DNA from: a virus
Taxonomy: Duplodnaviria; Heunggongvirae; Uroviricota; Caudoviricetes
Virus record (IMG/VR): IMGVR_UViG_3300035515_000158
Reading direction: 5' to 3' (one strand)
DNA length: 64,000 bases
In this document: positions 1 to 10,729 of the stretch, piece after piece
How the letters are laid out: every line of letters starts with the position of its first letter
Numbering within the stretch: position 1 is the first letter of the stretch
The notes under the pieces: model-generated
Database searches by the model: none
Told to the model about the DNA's origin: nothing
The model's input: only the letters and a program-made list of their open reading frames with translations
Position numbers and translations under genes: made by a program

Positions 1-1545
1 TCCATATATATTTACTTCATTAAATGCTAACTTTCTACAAAAATCCAAAACTCTCTGTAAAAATGTAAATACCAATGGTTGAGATACAGAACCCGAAAAG
101 TCAATAAAACAATTTATCTGTTCAATTTCACCACCATCAGGAGATGTTTTAGGTAACACAGCATCTCTCCAAAGGTGTTTTTTATCACCCCATGTAGTTT
201 TCTTATACTTAGATGAACTTGTTCCTGACCTCTTTGATTTAGAACGTAAGAAGATTTTAACCATTTCTTTCCATTCCATATTAGTTATCTTACCTTTCAG
301 AACACCACGAAGAATACCTTTTGCCAATGATGAACCAGACTTTCCAGACTCAGCGGCTTTCTTTTCAAGTTCTTCCGCAGCCTCCTTAGCAATAGTTTCA
401 TCATCCTCCATTTCATCTGATGTGTCTGTGTTTTTGTCCTTTTTCATTTTTTCAATGTCTTTTGGATCAAACCCACCTTTTTTCATATCATCGGTAAATA
501 GGTCATCATCAGGAGCATCTTCCAATGTTTCACCAGCTAACTCACCAGAACCAGATTTAGTTTCATCTGTTGCTTTGTCAATATCTTCTTTCAAATCACT
601 GGCTTTTTCTTCTGGGGATTTACCATCTTCACTATCACCAAAAGAATCCTTCATTTTATCAAGTAATTCTTTTTCTGATTTTGAACTTGTTCCCTCTTTG
701 GTTCTCTCAAGTGCATCATTTATTTCACTTTCCAATGAATCATAATCTTCTGAATCATAATCTATTGTGTCATCATAGTCAACATCATCATCAGAACCAT
801 CACCAGAATCCCCACTTGATGAACTTCCACTTGTTCCTCCATGTGAACTTGATGAACCACCTGAAGATTTACTACTACTTCCACCTGAACCTTCACCTTC
901 GGAATCACCATCATCAAAGTCACCATCTTCATCTGAACCACCTGAAGAACTATCATCACCAGAATCATCTCCAAAGTCCCAGTCATCATCATCTCCAAGG
1001 TCATCATCATCTCCAAAATCACCATCTTCATACTCATCTTCATCATCACCACCACTGGGAGAAGAACCACCAAAATCATCACCTTCTTCATCACCAGTTT
1101 CACCATGACGAGAATCAGAATCATAATCGAAATCATCAAATTCAAAATCCGGTTCATGTTTGTCAGATTCATCATCTTCATCATCCTCAGATTTTGGATC
1201 CTCTAATTTTTCAATGTCATCCATATCATCCATAGTTGATGACTTAAATAATGAACCATCACCATCACCTCCAGCACCACCATCGTCATAAGGTTTATCT
1301 GTCACACTGTCAGTATCATCACCACCGGGTTTTTCACCACCTGTATCATCACCACTTCCTTCTTTCTTTCCTTCGATATTTCTAACTCGATTAAGTACAT
1401 CTAAAACGGCTTGTGTTATACCCTGTTCTGATGTTTTATATTCATCATCAATTTCCACACCAACTTCATCACCATCTTCTAATGATTCAGTGATTACATT
1501 AGTGTTTTTAATTAATTTATCTAATTTCTCAAAAATACTTTCCAT
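1..1545 (-). CDS. VWA (MIDAS) domain protein with long acidic Gly/Ser/Asp linker; runs off the window edge; missing from the ORF track
   Basis: ATG at 1545; the same frame reads QINCFIDFSGSV (DxSxS MIDAS) at ~85-120; directly downstream of the HEXXH peptidase and AAA ATPase. Confidence 0.8.
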   Translation of the reverse strand, partial: MESIFEKLDKLIKNTNVITESLEDGDEVGVEIDDEYKTSEQGITQAVLDVLNRVRNIEGKKEGSGDDTGGEKPGGDDTDSVTDKPYDDGGAGGDGDGSLFKSSTMDDMDDIEKLEDPKSEDDEDDESDKHEPDFEFDDFDYDSDSRHGETGDEEGDDFGGSSPSGGDDEDEYEDGDFGDDDDLGDDDDWDFGDDSGDDSSSGGSDEDGDFDDGDSEGEGSGGSSSKSSGGSSSSHGGTSGSSSSGDSGDGSDDDVDYDDTIDYDSEDYDSLESEINDALERTKEGTSSKSEKELLDKMKDSFGDSEDGKSPEEKASDLKEDIDKATDETKSGSGELAGETLEDAPDDDLFTDDMKKGGFDPKDIEKMKKDKNTDTSDEMEDDETIAKEAAEELEKKAAESGKSGSSLAKGILRGVLKGKITNMEWKEMVKIFLRSKSKRSGTSSSKYKKTTWGDKKHLWRDAVLPKTSPDGGEIEQINCFIDFSGSVSQPLVFTFLQRVLDFCRKLAFNEVNIYG

Positions 1546-1547
1546 GA

Positions 1548-3458
1548 TTAATCTTCCTCTGATGTTTTTGTTACTTTAGGAGCGAGTTTTTCAGCTTCAT
1601 CAAACAAAGCGTCAGCACCTTTTTCTTTATATATATCAATAAGTTTCTTTCTGGTTTCTTTATAAGCCTTCTTCCATTCCTCTGATGCTTTAATTTTCTT
1701 TTGGGTTTTCAATTTTTTACCCAATCTTCTCAAACCATCAACCGCTAATGACATGGCACCAAATTTAGCACCCGGTGTTTCATCTTCATCACCAATAATG
1801 TCAAAGAAATGACTTACATCTTTGAAAACATCATCTAAGAATGTAGGAATTTCTCTTTTCTCCCATTTTAATATTTTGTCATCTATTAACTTGTCAAAAT
1901 CTTCAGTAAGGTCTTTTTTCAATGTTGGTATATATGAAACAACTTCTTCTACATCTTCATGTACCAAATCTGTAACTTTCTTTTCAGTCAATTCAGTCAT
2001 AGCTTGTCTCATTGAATATAAAGTATCACAAGTATCTGAACTAATTCTACCAATATCATATAGTCTTTCAAGATTAATAAAGGTATCCACAAATTTTTGA
2101 ATTGGGTTTTTCTTTTTTAATTTATCCTTTATGGTTTCTGCCTTTTCTCTATCTCTTTCTTCTTTAGTTTTACCTGTTTTCCTAGTTTTTTCGGCTTCTC
2201 TTTCTGCCTTTTCTTTTTCCCTTCTAACCTTATCTTTATGTTCTTCAATCGCTCTTTTACGACGTTCACTTTTTCTCTTTTTATCAAGGTCATTTAAGAT
2301 TATAGCTTCCAAATCATCCTTAGCTTGCCTAATGATTTTTCTTTCTTCTCGTATCTCTTTATCACCTTCATATAAAGTATTGAGGGCTTCTGTTAATGAT
2401 TTCATCGCGGTTTTTACATCATTAACCACATCTTCTTCATCCTTTCTAAATGATTCTCCTATTTTAGATGCATTCTTTAACAGATTTTTTCTCAACATTT
2501 TAATATCAGAAATGGTCACTGAAACTTCATGGTCATCCATTTCTTTAGGATTGGTTTTTAAGTCATCTACTACATTTTGTATATCAGATTCTAAATCACC
2601 AATTTCACCCAACATTGAATCCATTAATTTTTCCAACTCTCGTCTTAAACCAGCAAGGTCAGCCTTATCAACTATTTTACGGTCTTTTTTACCATATAGT
2701 TCATCCATAGCTTTCTTTAACTTTTCACCGGCAATTTCTTTTTCTGCAGATGTTGAATCTTTATCATTCAAAACAGTCAATGCTTCTTCTATTGCTTTAA
2801 GGGCGGCCTTGGTTTTATCATCGAGTTTTATACCATTCATCTTCATCCATTTTTCATACTCCATGTCACCATATTTGTCATAGATGTCTTCCCATGTCAT
2901 TCCTGTGTATGCTGGATTATAACAACCATTCATCTTTTTCCAGAAATCTTTAGAAACAATACCATCATCAACCATAGAGGCATTTACTTCAAAGTCAGTA
3001 GCCAGATTACATTTCATATGAATTTCTTTAGTCACACCTGTTCCAAATCTCTTTATACCTTTTTCAACATGCTTAAAGAAATTGTGCATCAACTCATGAA
3101 ATAAAATACCAAACACCCTTTCTTTTTTCATTTTACAAGTATTATACACAAAATGAGCGTTTATCCATAAGTTTTTCTTTTGGTCAACCGCCATTGTATT
3201 AATACCCATCGAACTGGGATAATTTGGTATAAAAAAGATTTTACTGTATTTAATATATGAGTAAAAGAAACGATATTCAGAAGAAATCTTAAACATCGCA
3301 TCAGTTACCACTTTTACTATATCTTTAGTTTCAACTGGAATTATAGCCTTTAATGTCATATCATAAATGTCAATCGTTCCAAGTTCCAAAAAAAGGTCTT
3401 CATTACCCTCAACAGCAGAACTGGATTCATTAAGACGATTGTAGTATATAAGATTCAT
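1548..3458 (-). CDS. Putative metallopeptidase (DUF2201 N-terminal-like) with coiled-coil C-terminus
   Basis: TMAVD...LWINAHF...GILFHELMH...NLATDFEVN motif series. Confidence 0.75.
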   Translation of the reverse strand: MNLIYYNRLNESSSAVEGNEDLFLELGTIDIYDMTLKAIIPVETKDIVKVVTDAMFKISSEYRFFYSYIKYSKIFFIPNYPSSMGINTMAVDQKKNLWINAHFVYNTCKMKKERVFGILFHELMHNFFKHVEKGIKRFGTGVTKEIHMKCNLATDFEVNASMVDDGIVSKDFWKKMNGCYNPAYTGMTWEDIYDKYGDMEYEKWMKMNGIKLDDKTKAALKAIEEALTVLNDKDSTSAEKEIAGEKLKKAMDELYGKKDRKIVDKADLAGLRRELEKLMDSMLGEIGDLESDIQNVVDDLKTNPKEMDDHEVSVTISDIKMLRKNLLKNASKIGESFRKDEEDVVNDVKTAMKSLTEALNTLYEGDKEIREERKIIRQAKDDLEAIILNDLDKKRKSERRKRAIEEHKDKVRREKEKAEREAEKTRKTGKTKEERDREKAETIKDKLKKKNPIQKFVDTFINLERLYDIGRISSDTCDTLYSMRQAMTELTEKKVTDLVHEDVEEVVSYIPTLKKDLTEDFDKLIDDKILKWEKREIPTFLDDVFKDVSHFFDIIGDEDETPGAKFGAMSLAVDGLRRLGKKLKTQKKIKASEEWKKAYKETRKKLIDIYKEKGADALFDEAEKLAPKVTKTSEED

Positions 3459-3496
3459 TACTAAAAGTATTATTATAAGTTATTTATGGTGATAAA

Positions 3497-3526
3497 AAAA
3501 CCTGTCCAAAAAATGAACAGGTTTTT
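3497..3526. terminator. Intrinsic terminator hairpin
   Basis: AAAACCTGT...ACAGGTTTT inverted repeat with flanking A/T tracts. Confidence 0.6.
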
Positions 3527-3546
3527 AATTATATTGAGTAATCAAA

Positions 3547-6252
3547 TTAACTATTTACTTGATATCTATCATCACATAATTTGAAATAATTTTTAAGTTG
3601 TTTAGCATTTGATTTATCCATCAGTTTGTCAAGAATATCAACATGCATCTGTTTAATATAATTATCCTTTGAACGAGAATATGTATTATTAATCAAATTT
3701 GTCATATTGATAAGATATTCTTCTGGAGGTAAATCAGTTTTTGAATAATGTGATTCAATATAGGTTAAACATTTTTCAGCAATCTCAGCGGCGGAAGGAA
3801 TAGGTTCAGGTATCACATAAGAAGGATCTTCAAATACACTCTTCATATTAACCACTGTATCGGCACGAGATGTAATATAATCAATATATTTATTACCTGT
3901 CACCTCACCAATCGCACCATACACGATATCTTTCAATGTTTCTATAGGTAATTCTGTGAAGTTAGTACAACCTTCCATCTTACAATGTGCCTTAAATTCT
4001 TTCATCATAGCTGACCAGGAACGAGGTGTTGGGTGGGCAACTTCACCTTCAGCATGAGCGTCAGTATCAATATTGTGCCAGTTAATATATTCACCATTAC
4101 TATCTTTTTCACTAACTAAGAAAGACAATGTTAATTCATCAAATCCACCCTTAGTAGTCGCCCATTTTCTCCATTCGCTAAATTCTGGGATAAAGTTAAG
4201 TTGCATACCAAAACGGGTTGTGACTACTGAACCAGTTCTTTCAAATGTTGATGATACTTCTTCATCATCATTAGGTCTATTTGAACAAGCAATAATAGCC
4301 CATTTATCACCAAGGATATATCGACCATCACTATATGAACGGTTTAGTAAAAGTTGCATCAAAATTTTAAAGATTGAAGGATCGGCTCTAAAGAACTCAT
4401 CAAACATTAAAATACCTCCATCAAATGATTCTTCAACAATTAAGTTTTTATCATCATCATAATATTCTTTTACATCACCATTTGCAATAAAATTACGAAG
4501 TTGTCTTTCTTTTGGATCATTTGTTTTTCTATAACAAGGCAACCAAGTCTTAGGAGCATCATCACTTCTTACAAATGATTTGTTTTCCATATCATCATCA
4601 TCGAAGCCCAATTTATTAGCAAAGTTTTTAACAACTGAACTATTATCTGCAAATTCTTTCATTGTTTGTCTTACAGGCATAGGAAGTGACAAACCATCAG
4701 GTGTCAAATCACCACACTCAACAACCATAAGTGATTTTTTAGTTTCAGCAGATGATTTAGACTTATTGTATTCTTTAATGATTGCATCTGGAATTGAAGA
4801 TTTACCAATACCGGGAGCACCCCAAATTAATAGAGGTTTCAAAGCATCATTACCCACTTCACCGGGTGTATAAAACATTCTGGTCTTTATATATTTCTTC
4901 AATCCTTCGGTATTTACATCACGAATAGATTTAAGACCTCCACTTTTACCAGAGAAACCAACTCTATCTTCTTCAATAATCTCATCAAACTTACCAACAT
5001 TAGCACTTTCATTAATCATACCAATAAAGGTTTTGTAGTTTTCATATTCAACATCACCTTTTTCAATATTATCATAGTATCCAGTAAGTCCGGTTAATTG
5101 AGCTTCTGTTTTAACATTATCATTCAAAAGTCGATTTACAACAGGAGAATATGCAGTTACACCTTTAACATCACCATTAGCAATACAATTTAATGATGTG
5201 AAAGGACTGGTAGCAGGAATAAAACCATTTTCACCAAAGACTGCAACTAAAAATTCATCAACTTTAGTAATACCTATCTTAAACAATGATTTTACTTTTT
5301 CAACACCTTTCTTGACGAATGATTTTGTTTTGTCCCAAAGTCCTTCATTCAACATAAATGTTTCAAAGTCCATCACATGAGAAAATTTAGACTCATATTT
5401 GAAATCTTTGAATTTACTGTTCCAGAAATCAGCTGACATTTCCTTTTCTTCATCTTCATTAGCACCAATAAAAGGAAGTGGAGCTCGTTTTTCAACCTCA
5501 ACGGTACTTCTTCCACCAGTATCAGGATCATCAACTATTTCCTTCACTTTAATCATCTTAGGTTTCCATTTATTAACAGATTGATTAAATTTTGAACCTA
5601 AGAACATATTTTTAAAGTCAGCACATGAACCAACATTCCAATCACAAATACTATCATTGTTAAATGTTGATTTGTAGAACATACCTTCCATATGTTTAAC
5701 TGCACTAACATCCCATTCACTTAAATCAGCATTGGGGAGATTTGTAAAGGCCAACAAAGCGGTCATATCCTTTACATTACGAGTATCAAGTAGTGATAAA
5801 GGAGTTTTTCTATTCATATTCTTTTCCTCTTTACAAATTACATCATAAATTGCATTGACTACTTTGAATACATTTCTTTTTGAACTACTTGTATTATCAA
5901 CTACTATTCTTGAACGTGGGTCTGCACTAAGTTCGACTTCTTCAGGTTCTTCTGATGTTTCATCTTCATCACCATCTTCATCTTCATCAGTATCAGGTTC
6001 TACAATTTCTGTTTTTCTTGTATCATCACCACCTTCAGAGGGTTCTTCTTCATCATCATCAAACATTGAATCAAATCGACCTTCATTCAATTTATTTGAT
6101 TTAATAGATTTATTAATCTTATCTTCATTCTGAACAAACCACTCATCAAATTCTACTAAAAAATCTTTATTAGAGTGTCCTTCTTCGAGACGTTGGTTAT
6201 ATCCATCTAACCATTCCATCACCGCAGGACTTAAAAGTTGGTCTAATGTCAT
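3547..6252 (-). CDS. MoxR-like AAA+ ATPase with N-terminal DUF285/BspA-like repeats
   Basis: Walker A WGAPGIGKS, Walker B ILMFDEFFRA, IIACSNR, PTPRSW; WDVSAVKHMEGMF-type repeats. Confidence 0.85.
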   Translation of the reverse strand: MTLDQLLSPAVMEWLDGYNQRLEEGHSNKDFLVEFDEWFVQNEDKINKSIKSNKLNEGRFDSMFDDDEEEPSEGGDDTRKTEIVEPDTDEDEDGDEDETSEEPEEVELSADPRSRIVVDNTSSSKRNVFKVVNAIYDVICKEEKNMNRKTPLSLLDTRNVKDMTALLAFTNLPNADLSEWDVSAVKHMEGMFYKSTFNNDSICDWNVGSCADFKNMFLGSKFNQSVNKWKPKMIKVKEIVDDPDTGGRSTVEVEKRAPLPFIGANEDEEKEMSADFWNSKFKDFKYESKFSHVMDFETFMLNEGLWDKTKSFVKKGVEKVKSLFKIGITKVDEFLVAVFGENGFIPATSPFTSLNCIANGDVKGVTAYSPVVNRLLNDNVKTEAQLTGLTGYYDNIEKGDVEYENYKTFIGMINESANVGKFDEIIEEDRVGFSGKSGGLKSIRDVNTEGLKKYIKTRMFYTPGEVGNDALKPLLIWGAPGIGKSSIPDAIIKEYNKSKSSAETKKSLMVVECGDLTPDGLSLPMPVRQTMKEFADNSSVVKNFANKLGFDDDDMENKSFVRSDDAPKTWLPCYRKTNDPKERQLRNFIANGDVKEYYDDDKNLIVEESFDGGILMFDEFFRADPSIFKILMQLLLNRSYSDGRYILGDKWAIIACSNRPNDDEEVSSTFERTGSVVTTRFGMQLNFIPEFSEWRKWATTKGGFDELTLSFLVSEKDSNGEYINWHNIDTDAHAEGEVAHPTPRSWSAMMKEFKAHCKMEGCTNFTELPIETLKDIVYGAIGEVTGNKYIDYITSRADTVVNMKSVFEDPSYVIPEPIPSAAEIAEKCLTYIESHYSKTDLPPEEYLINMTNLINNTYSRSKDNYIKQMHVDILDKLMDKSNAKQLKNYFKLCDDRYQVNS

Positions 6253-6289
6253 TTTTATAAATTTATTACATATATTATATTTACGGAAA

Positions 6290-8170
6290 TTAAGCTTCTG
6301 AAGTTCTTAAAATCTCTCTCAATCTGCGTTTCCACATTCTACGACCTTTTTCACCTCTAAAAGCTATACCCATTTGAGTGGTCATACGCCAAGAAACACC
6401 AGTATAATTTGAACCTTCATTACCTTCAAGTAGATAATTTACTTCATTAATAAAATCTTCAATATCTTTTCTTGGAATGATACATTGGTCACTTGGTAAT
6501 TCTTCTTCTGTCATAGATTGTTGTTCACGAAGTTGTTTTTGAATTACGTTCCACATAACTTCATAAGGAGGATTAATTCTCACAGGTTGGAATCTTTGAC
6601 GAATAGCTTCCCAGTCACCTTTACCACCAGTCTTTACAACTTCGGTTTCAAGTTCATCCAAACTCATGTTACCAATAACAACAACACAACCATTAAATAC
6701 AAACTCATCAGGAATAAGTGGTTTAGTGTTTTTCTTCAATTCATCCCACTCGGCCGCGATTAGATTGTCCATATCAGTACCAGTCATTTCTTCACCTTTT
6801 TTACCAGAACCTCCATATTCACGTCTTTTCTTTTTGAAGAACTCATTTTTTTCTTCATTTGATTTTTGACCAATCTCAGCAAAATATCTTTCTTGACGTG
6901 TTTTCTTACCAACTTCATAACATTCTGTACTTGAGTCACGAACTTCACGAGGCATCTTAATAGGTTGAGGTCTTGTTTGTAATAGACGTTTCCAGAAGGC
7001 TACACGTTTTGTTCCTGATACAACATTGGCTGCGTCATCGAGAAGAATAAGTTTACCATTAAATTTATACATCATACGATACAAAGCATCCACATCAGTT
7101 GCACCATTACCAACATCAACATAGTCTTTCTTTTCAACCATTCCATTTTTCTTCAATGTCTGTTCAAGTGCATATGATTTACCAGCACCGGCTCTACCTG
7201 TAATATAAAGTCCTTTGGTTGTGAATACAGATTTATCATCATCATTAAGTTGACCATTTTGTTTTACATAGTGACAGAATGTATCAACAATGTCTTTAAT
7301 CATTTGTGTTGATTCTTCAAAATCTTGGGTTTCTTTTTCCAACCATTTTTTACGTTCCTCTGCACGTTCAACTTCATAACTTTCTATATCATAAGCATCA
7401 TCAACCGACACTCTAAGAGCCGAACCAGAACCAACTAAACTTGGATCCAATACACCTCTTACTTCTTCATATAAACCATTAAGAGCATCTGAAATAATAT
7501 ATGTAACATATTTCATTACAGAGTCTTTACCATCTATTGAATCATAAATGTCTTTACAGATAGGGTTTGAACCAACATTTTTCAAGATTTCACCAGCGGC
7601 CTTAGCGGGAGATAGACTTTCCAATAATTTTACAACAAAATCTTTCATTGTGGGAGACCATCTTTCAACAATGGCAATGTGTTTGGGACCATAACCAGCC
7701 TTAGCCTTAAATGCCTCATTAAGAACACTTTCATTTACATTGACTGATTTCATATCTTCTACAACCTGTTCAATCATATCTTTCAAACCAAGTTTTTCAG
7801 AAGAATATGTTATCTCAGCTGTATTCTTACCATCAAGTTCAAAATGATTAAATACGGCGATTACTTTCGTATAACTATCTTTACAAAATACAAAACTCTT
7901 TCCTTCTTCATTATCAGTTTCAAAGAACCAAACACCGGGTTTTCCATTTACATATACAACAGTTCCACATACTGCAAAGTTATTTACACCACCCTTTTTA
8001 AGTGCTCTCATTATGACTCTTGAAGCCTTTAATAAGTATTCATCATCTGAAATAGGTGTATCTAAAAAAGAGGCATCTATACCATCTGATGTCACCTCAT
8101 TGTCCAAACTTTCAAGAATATGATTTAACTTATATTCTTCGACATTAAAATCGGAAAATTTTTTTAGCAT
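6290..8170 (-). CDS. P-loop (AAA-like) ATPase
   Basis: GLYITGRAGAGKS, LILLDD. Confidence 0.75.
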   Translation of the reverse strand: MLKKFSDFNVEEYKLNHILESLDNEVTSDGIDASFLDTPISDDEYLLKASRVIMRALKKGGVNNFAVCGTVVYVNGKPGVWFFETDNEEGKSFVFCKDSYTKVIAVFNHFELDGKNTAEITYSSEKLGLKDMIEQVVEDMKSVNVNESVLNEAFKAKAGYGPKHIAIVERWSPTMKDFVVKLLESLSPAKAAGEILKNVGSNPICKDIYDSIDGKDSVMKYVTYIISDALNGLYEEVRGVLDPSLVGSGSALRVSVDDAYDIESYEVERAEERKKWLEKETQDFEESTQMIKDIVDTFCHYVKQNGQLNDDDKSVFTTKGLYITGRAGAGKSYALEQTLKKNGMVEKKDYVDVGNGATDVDALYRMMYKFNGKLILLDDAANVVSGTKRVAFWKRLLQTRPQPIKMPREVRDSSTECYEVGKKTRQERYFAEIGQKSNEEKNEFFKKKRREYGGSGKKGEEMTGTDMDNLIAAEWDELKKNTKPLIPDEFVFNGCVVVIGNMSLDELETEVVKTGGKGDWEAIRQRFQPVRINPPYEVMWNVIQKQLREQQSMTEEELPSDQCIIPRKDIEDFINEVNYLLEGNEGSNYTGVSWRMTTQMGIAFRGEKGRRMWKRRLREILRTSEA

Positions 8171-8204
8171 ATCTATTTATTACATATATATTATATTTAT
8201 GTTT

Positions 8205-9059
8205 TTAGAAGTTCAAGTATAAACTTTCAAACACATTTGTCTTTTCTATATTTTGTGTTGTCACCCTAAAACCTCCATAAGTTGATTTAATATTTACTTT
8301 ATTTTCGTAACAATCACCGGGTACAATTATCTCATTCTTTTCATTATCATAAGACACAGCATACCTTATTCCTTCTTCATTCATTATTCTCAATCTGTCG
8401 AAGAAATCAATATAATCTATCTTACCAAAATATCTACCTGTATTTCTCGTGAGTTCATATGGTGGATCCAAATATAAAAAATCACCATCTTCAACTTGGT
8501 CAAATATCACATTATAATCACATCTTCTAAACTCGATGTTATTACCTTTTACAATATTGTGCCAATTCCATATATCTCTCTCTAACCTTTTTGGTTTTAT
8601 TCCATCACGAGTCAAATGAAAAGTGTTGTTAAATTCCCCATAACCATTATATCGAGGAATACCATTAGTCGTTGTCCTCATCAAAAAGAAAAACAAATAA
8701 GGACTTCTTGTTTGATTAAATTCATCCCTGACTTCCTCAAAATATTTACGTTTGTCTTGTCGGTCAGTAATCTCTTTCATCTTACACCACATCTTAGTGT
8801 ATTCCTTCAACAACCCCTTTGGATCATTCTTTACTGTGTTCCATAAATCTATCAAATCTCCATTTATATCAGAACACACTATTTTATTTATGTAGGTGTG
8901 ATATTCTTTCTGTGAACATAACAACTGATATATCACTGAACATCCACCACAAAAAGGTTCATAATAAGTGTCAATATAGTCCGGAAAATATTTTATTATC
9001 TCCGCACTCTGTATTCTTTTTGAACCTATCCATTTTATCACTGGGTTGAAACCACTCAT
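8205..9059 (-). CDS. dam: DNA adenine methyltransferase (Dam/D12 class)
   Basis: KWIGSK, YYEPFCGGCSV, SDIN, LYLDPPY. Confidence 0.92.
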   Translation of the reverse strand: MSGFNPVIKWIGSKRIQSAEIIKYFPDYIDTYYEPFCGGCSVIYQLLCSQKEYHTYINKIVCSDINGDLIDLWNTVKNDPKGLLKEYTKMWCKMKEITDRQDKRKYFEEVRDEFNQTRSPYLFFFLMRTTTNGIPRYNGYGEFNNTFHLTRDGIKPKRLERDIWNWHNIVKGNNIEFRRCDYNVIFDQVEDGDFLYLDPPYELTRNTGRYFGKIDYIDFFDRLRIMNEEGIRYAVSYDNEKNEIIVPGDCYENKVNIKSTYGGFRVTTQNIEKTNVFESLYLNF

Positions 9060-9097
9060 AAATACTGTATTATTAACTATTTATTTTTTTTCAAATT

Positions 9098-9424
9098 ATG
9101 CGACAATCATCTTATATATATTTATTGTCAGTTGGTGATGGAGTTTACAAAATAGGAGTTTCTAAAAATGTAGAGAAACGAGTGAAACAACTACAAACCG
9201 GAAACCCAGAAACCATTGAAATCGTTGATACATTTTTATCAGATTATCCTTACAAAATTGAAAATGTCCTCCATAGAAGATATAAACATAGAAATATCAG
9301 AGGCGAATGTTTTTCGTTATCATTGGATGAGGTCAAAAATTTCAAGGAAGATTGTATTGTCTGTGAAACCAACTTCAAATTGTTAGATGACTATAACAAT
9401 GACATATTTTACAACATATATTAA
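9098..9424 (+). CDS. GIY-YIG / T5orf172-like nuclease
   Basis: YIYLL...YKIGVSKNVEKRVKQLQTGNP...RGECF. Confidence 0.85.
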   Translation: MRQSSYIYLLSVGDGVYKIGVSKNVEKRVKQLQTGNPETIEIVDTFLSDYPYKIENVLHRRYKHRNIRGECFSLSLDEVKNFKEDCIVCETNFKLLDDYNNDIFYNIY

Positions 9425-9457
9425 AAAAAGAGAGAGGACTTAAATCCTCTCTTTTTC
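9425..9457. terminator. Bidirectional intrinsic terminator between convergent genes
   Basis: AGAGAGGA-CTTAAA-TCCTCTCT with flanking A and T tracts. Confidence 0.75.
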
Positions 9458-9523
9458 CATTTTATTCCCAAATTCTACGGATTTTCTACAAAAAACCCAC
9501 TTTAATTTCCATTTTAGGATTTT

Positions 9524-10729
9524 TTACTTGAAATGACTTAGGGTGTCGATTTCATCAGTCTTTTCAATCAACTTCATCTTATTGTAATTAATATTCACCC
9601 TAAATTTCTTATTCTTGTTTTGGCCTTCACGAATTTTCAATATTTTAAACCAATAATATGGAACGGCGACATTTGTTTCCTCATCTATCTCTCCAATCTG
9701 CATATCCTCAGTCTGAATAATACCAATGATTGAGTCACAAGTGTGTGCTAAACCCATACTTTCAGAAATATCCTCAATGTTAATATCACTACTATTAAGT
9801 GCATTACGACCAATCTGAGAAGCAGTGTCAACTATAAAACCATATTTAACCGCAAGACCACGCAAATCCTCAGCCAATGCTTTGATTTTTAGATATGTGT
9901 TTTCACTGTTAGGATTTCGATAGTTACACATAATATTAATGTAGTCAACCACCAAAATGTCAATCTTAAAATTATATACCTCCTGAACCTCTTTAATGTA
10001 AGATTCAAGGTCAAGAACAGTACATTGACCAGTAGGATACTCTTTTATAAACAATCTTCCCAAAGGAAACATGGAACGACTAACCAAATCATTCAACTTC
10101 TTCTTAACCTTAGCTTGTGACTTGACCAATTCATCATATTGTTCCAAAGTTATGTCAAATAAATTAGCTGATATACGTCTCATTACTTTTTCCTCTGACA
10201 TCTCACAAGTAATAAACACAACATTCTTCCCTTTTCGGATGAAGTCCGCGGCATCATTACACAAAATGATAGAATTATGACTTAGAATTCCGTTTGTATA
10301 ATATCTATGATTTTCATCATTGACTTGAATATCATACATATTTTCTTCATATCCAAGATTCTTTACACTTTTTACAGTTTCACATACAAGTTGTCCACTG
10401 TCACCTTGAACCCAGATTTTATCCGGTCGTGTATCTTTATTTAAGTCTTTAACAAACACTTCACTAAACACATCATCAAATACAATATGATTATCTGCAC
10501 ACTGAAGTTTTTTACCAGAGACTGTTTCAATTTCCCACACTTCATATGGAACAGTTTTACCAACACATGAAATATCTGACCAACCTTTATCAGTTTCTAT
10601 CTCCCAGTCATCATAATCAAAATGTGTCTCTACAAATTTACGATTTACATCATTGTGTAAATTATGCAAACAATCTCTATCATCAAGTAATGCAGATGTA
10701 GTTTCTATATTATTAAATTCTATCAACAT
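9524..10729 (-). CDS. gp41: Replicative helicase C-terminal half fused to split-intein C fragment
   Basis: Intein blocks CADNH and MYDIQV...YYTNGILSHN|S, then DnaB-family motifs VVFITCEMSE, ILVVDYI, TASQIGR, ISESMGL. Confidence 0.93.
   Translation of the reverse strand: MLIEFNNIETTSALLDDRDCLHNLHNDVNRKFVETHFDYDDWEIETDKGWSDISCVGKTVPYEVWEIETVSGKKLQCADNHIVFDDVFSEVFVKDLNKDTRPDKIWVQGDSGQLVCETVKSVKNLGYEENMYDIQVNDENHRYYTNGILSHNSIILCNDAADFIRKGKNVVFITCEMSEEKVMRRISANLFDITLEQYDELVKSQAKVKKKLNDLVSRSMFPLGRLFIKEYPTGQCTVLDLESYIKEVQEVYNFKIDILVVDYINIMCNYRNPNSENTYLKIKALAEDLRGLAVKYGFIVDTASQIGRNALNSSDINIEDISESMGLAHTCDSIIGIIQTEDMQIGEIDEETNVAVPYYWFKILKIREGQNKNKKFRVNINYNKMKLIEKTDEIDTLSHFK
10274..10729 (-). other. 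Split intein IntC (~152 aa)
   Basis: Ends His-Asn followed by Ser+1 (codon 10273-10271). Confidence 0.9.

Noticed and set aside
422-1235. His-rich, Ser-rich and Met-rich ORFs
   Set aside because: Shadow frames of the acidic low-complexity VWA gene on the - strand; the same applies to 51109-51563 and most short antisense ORFs in the track
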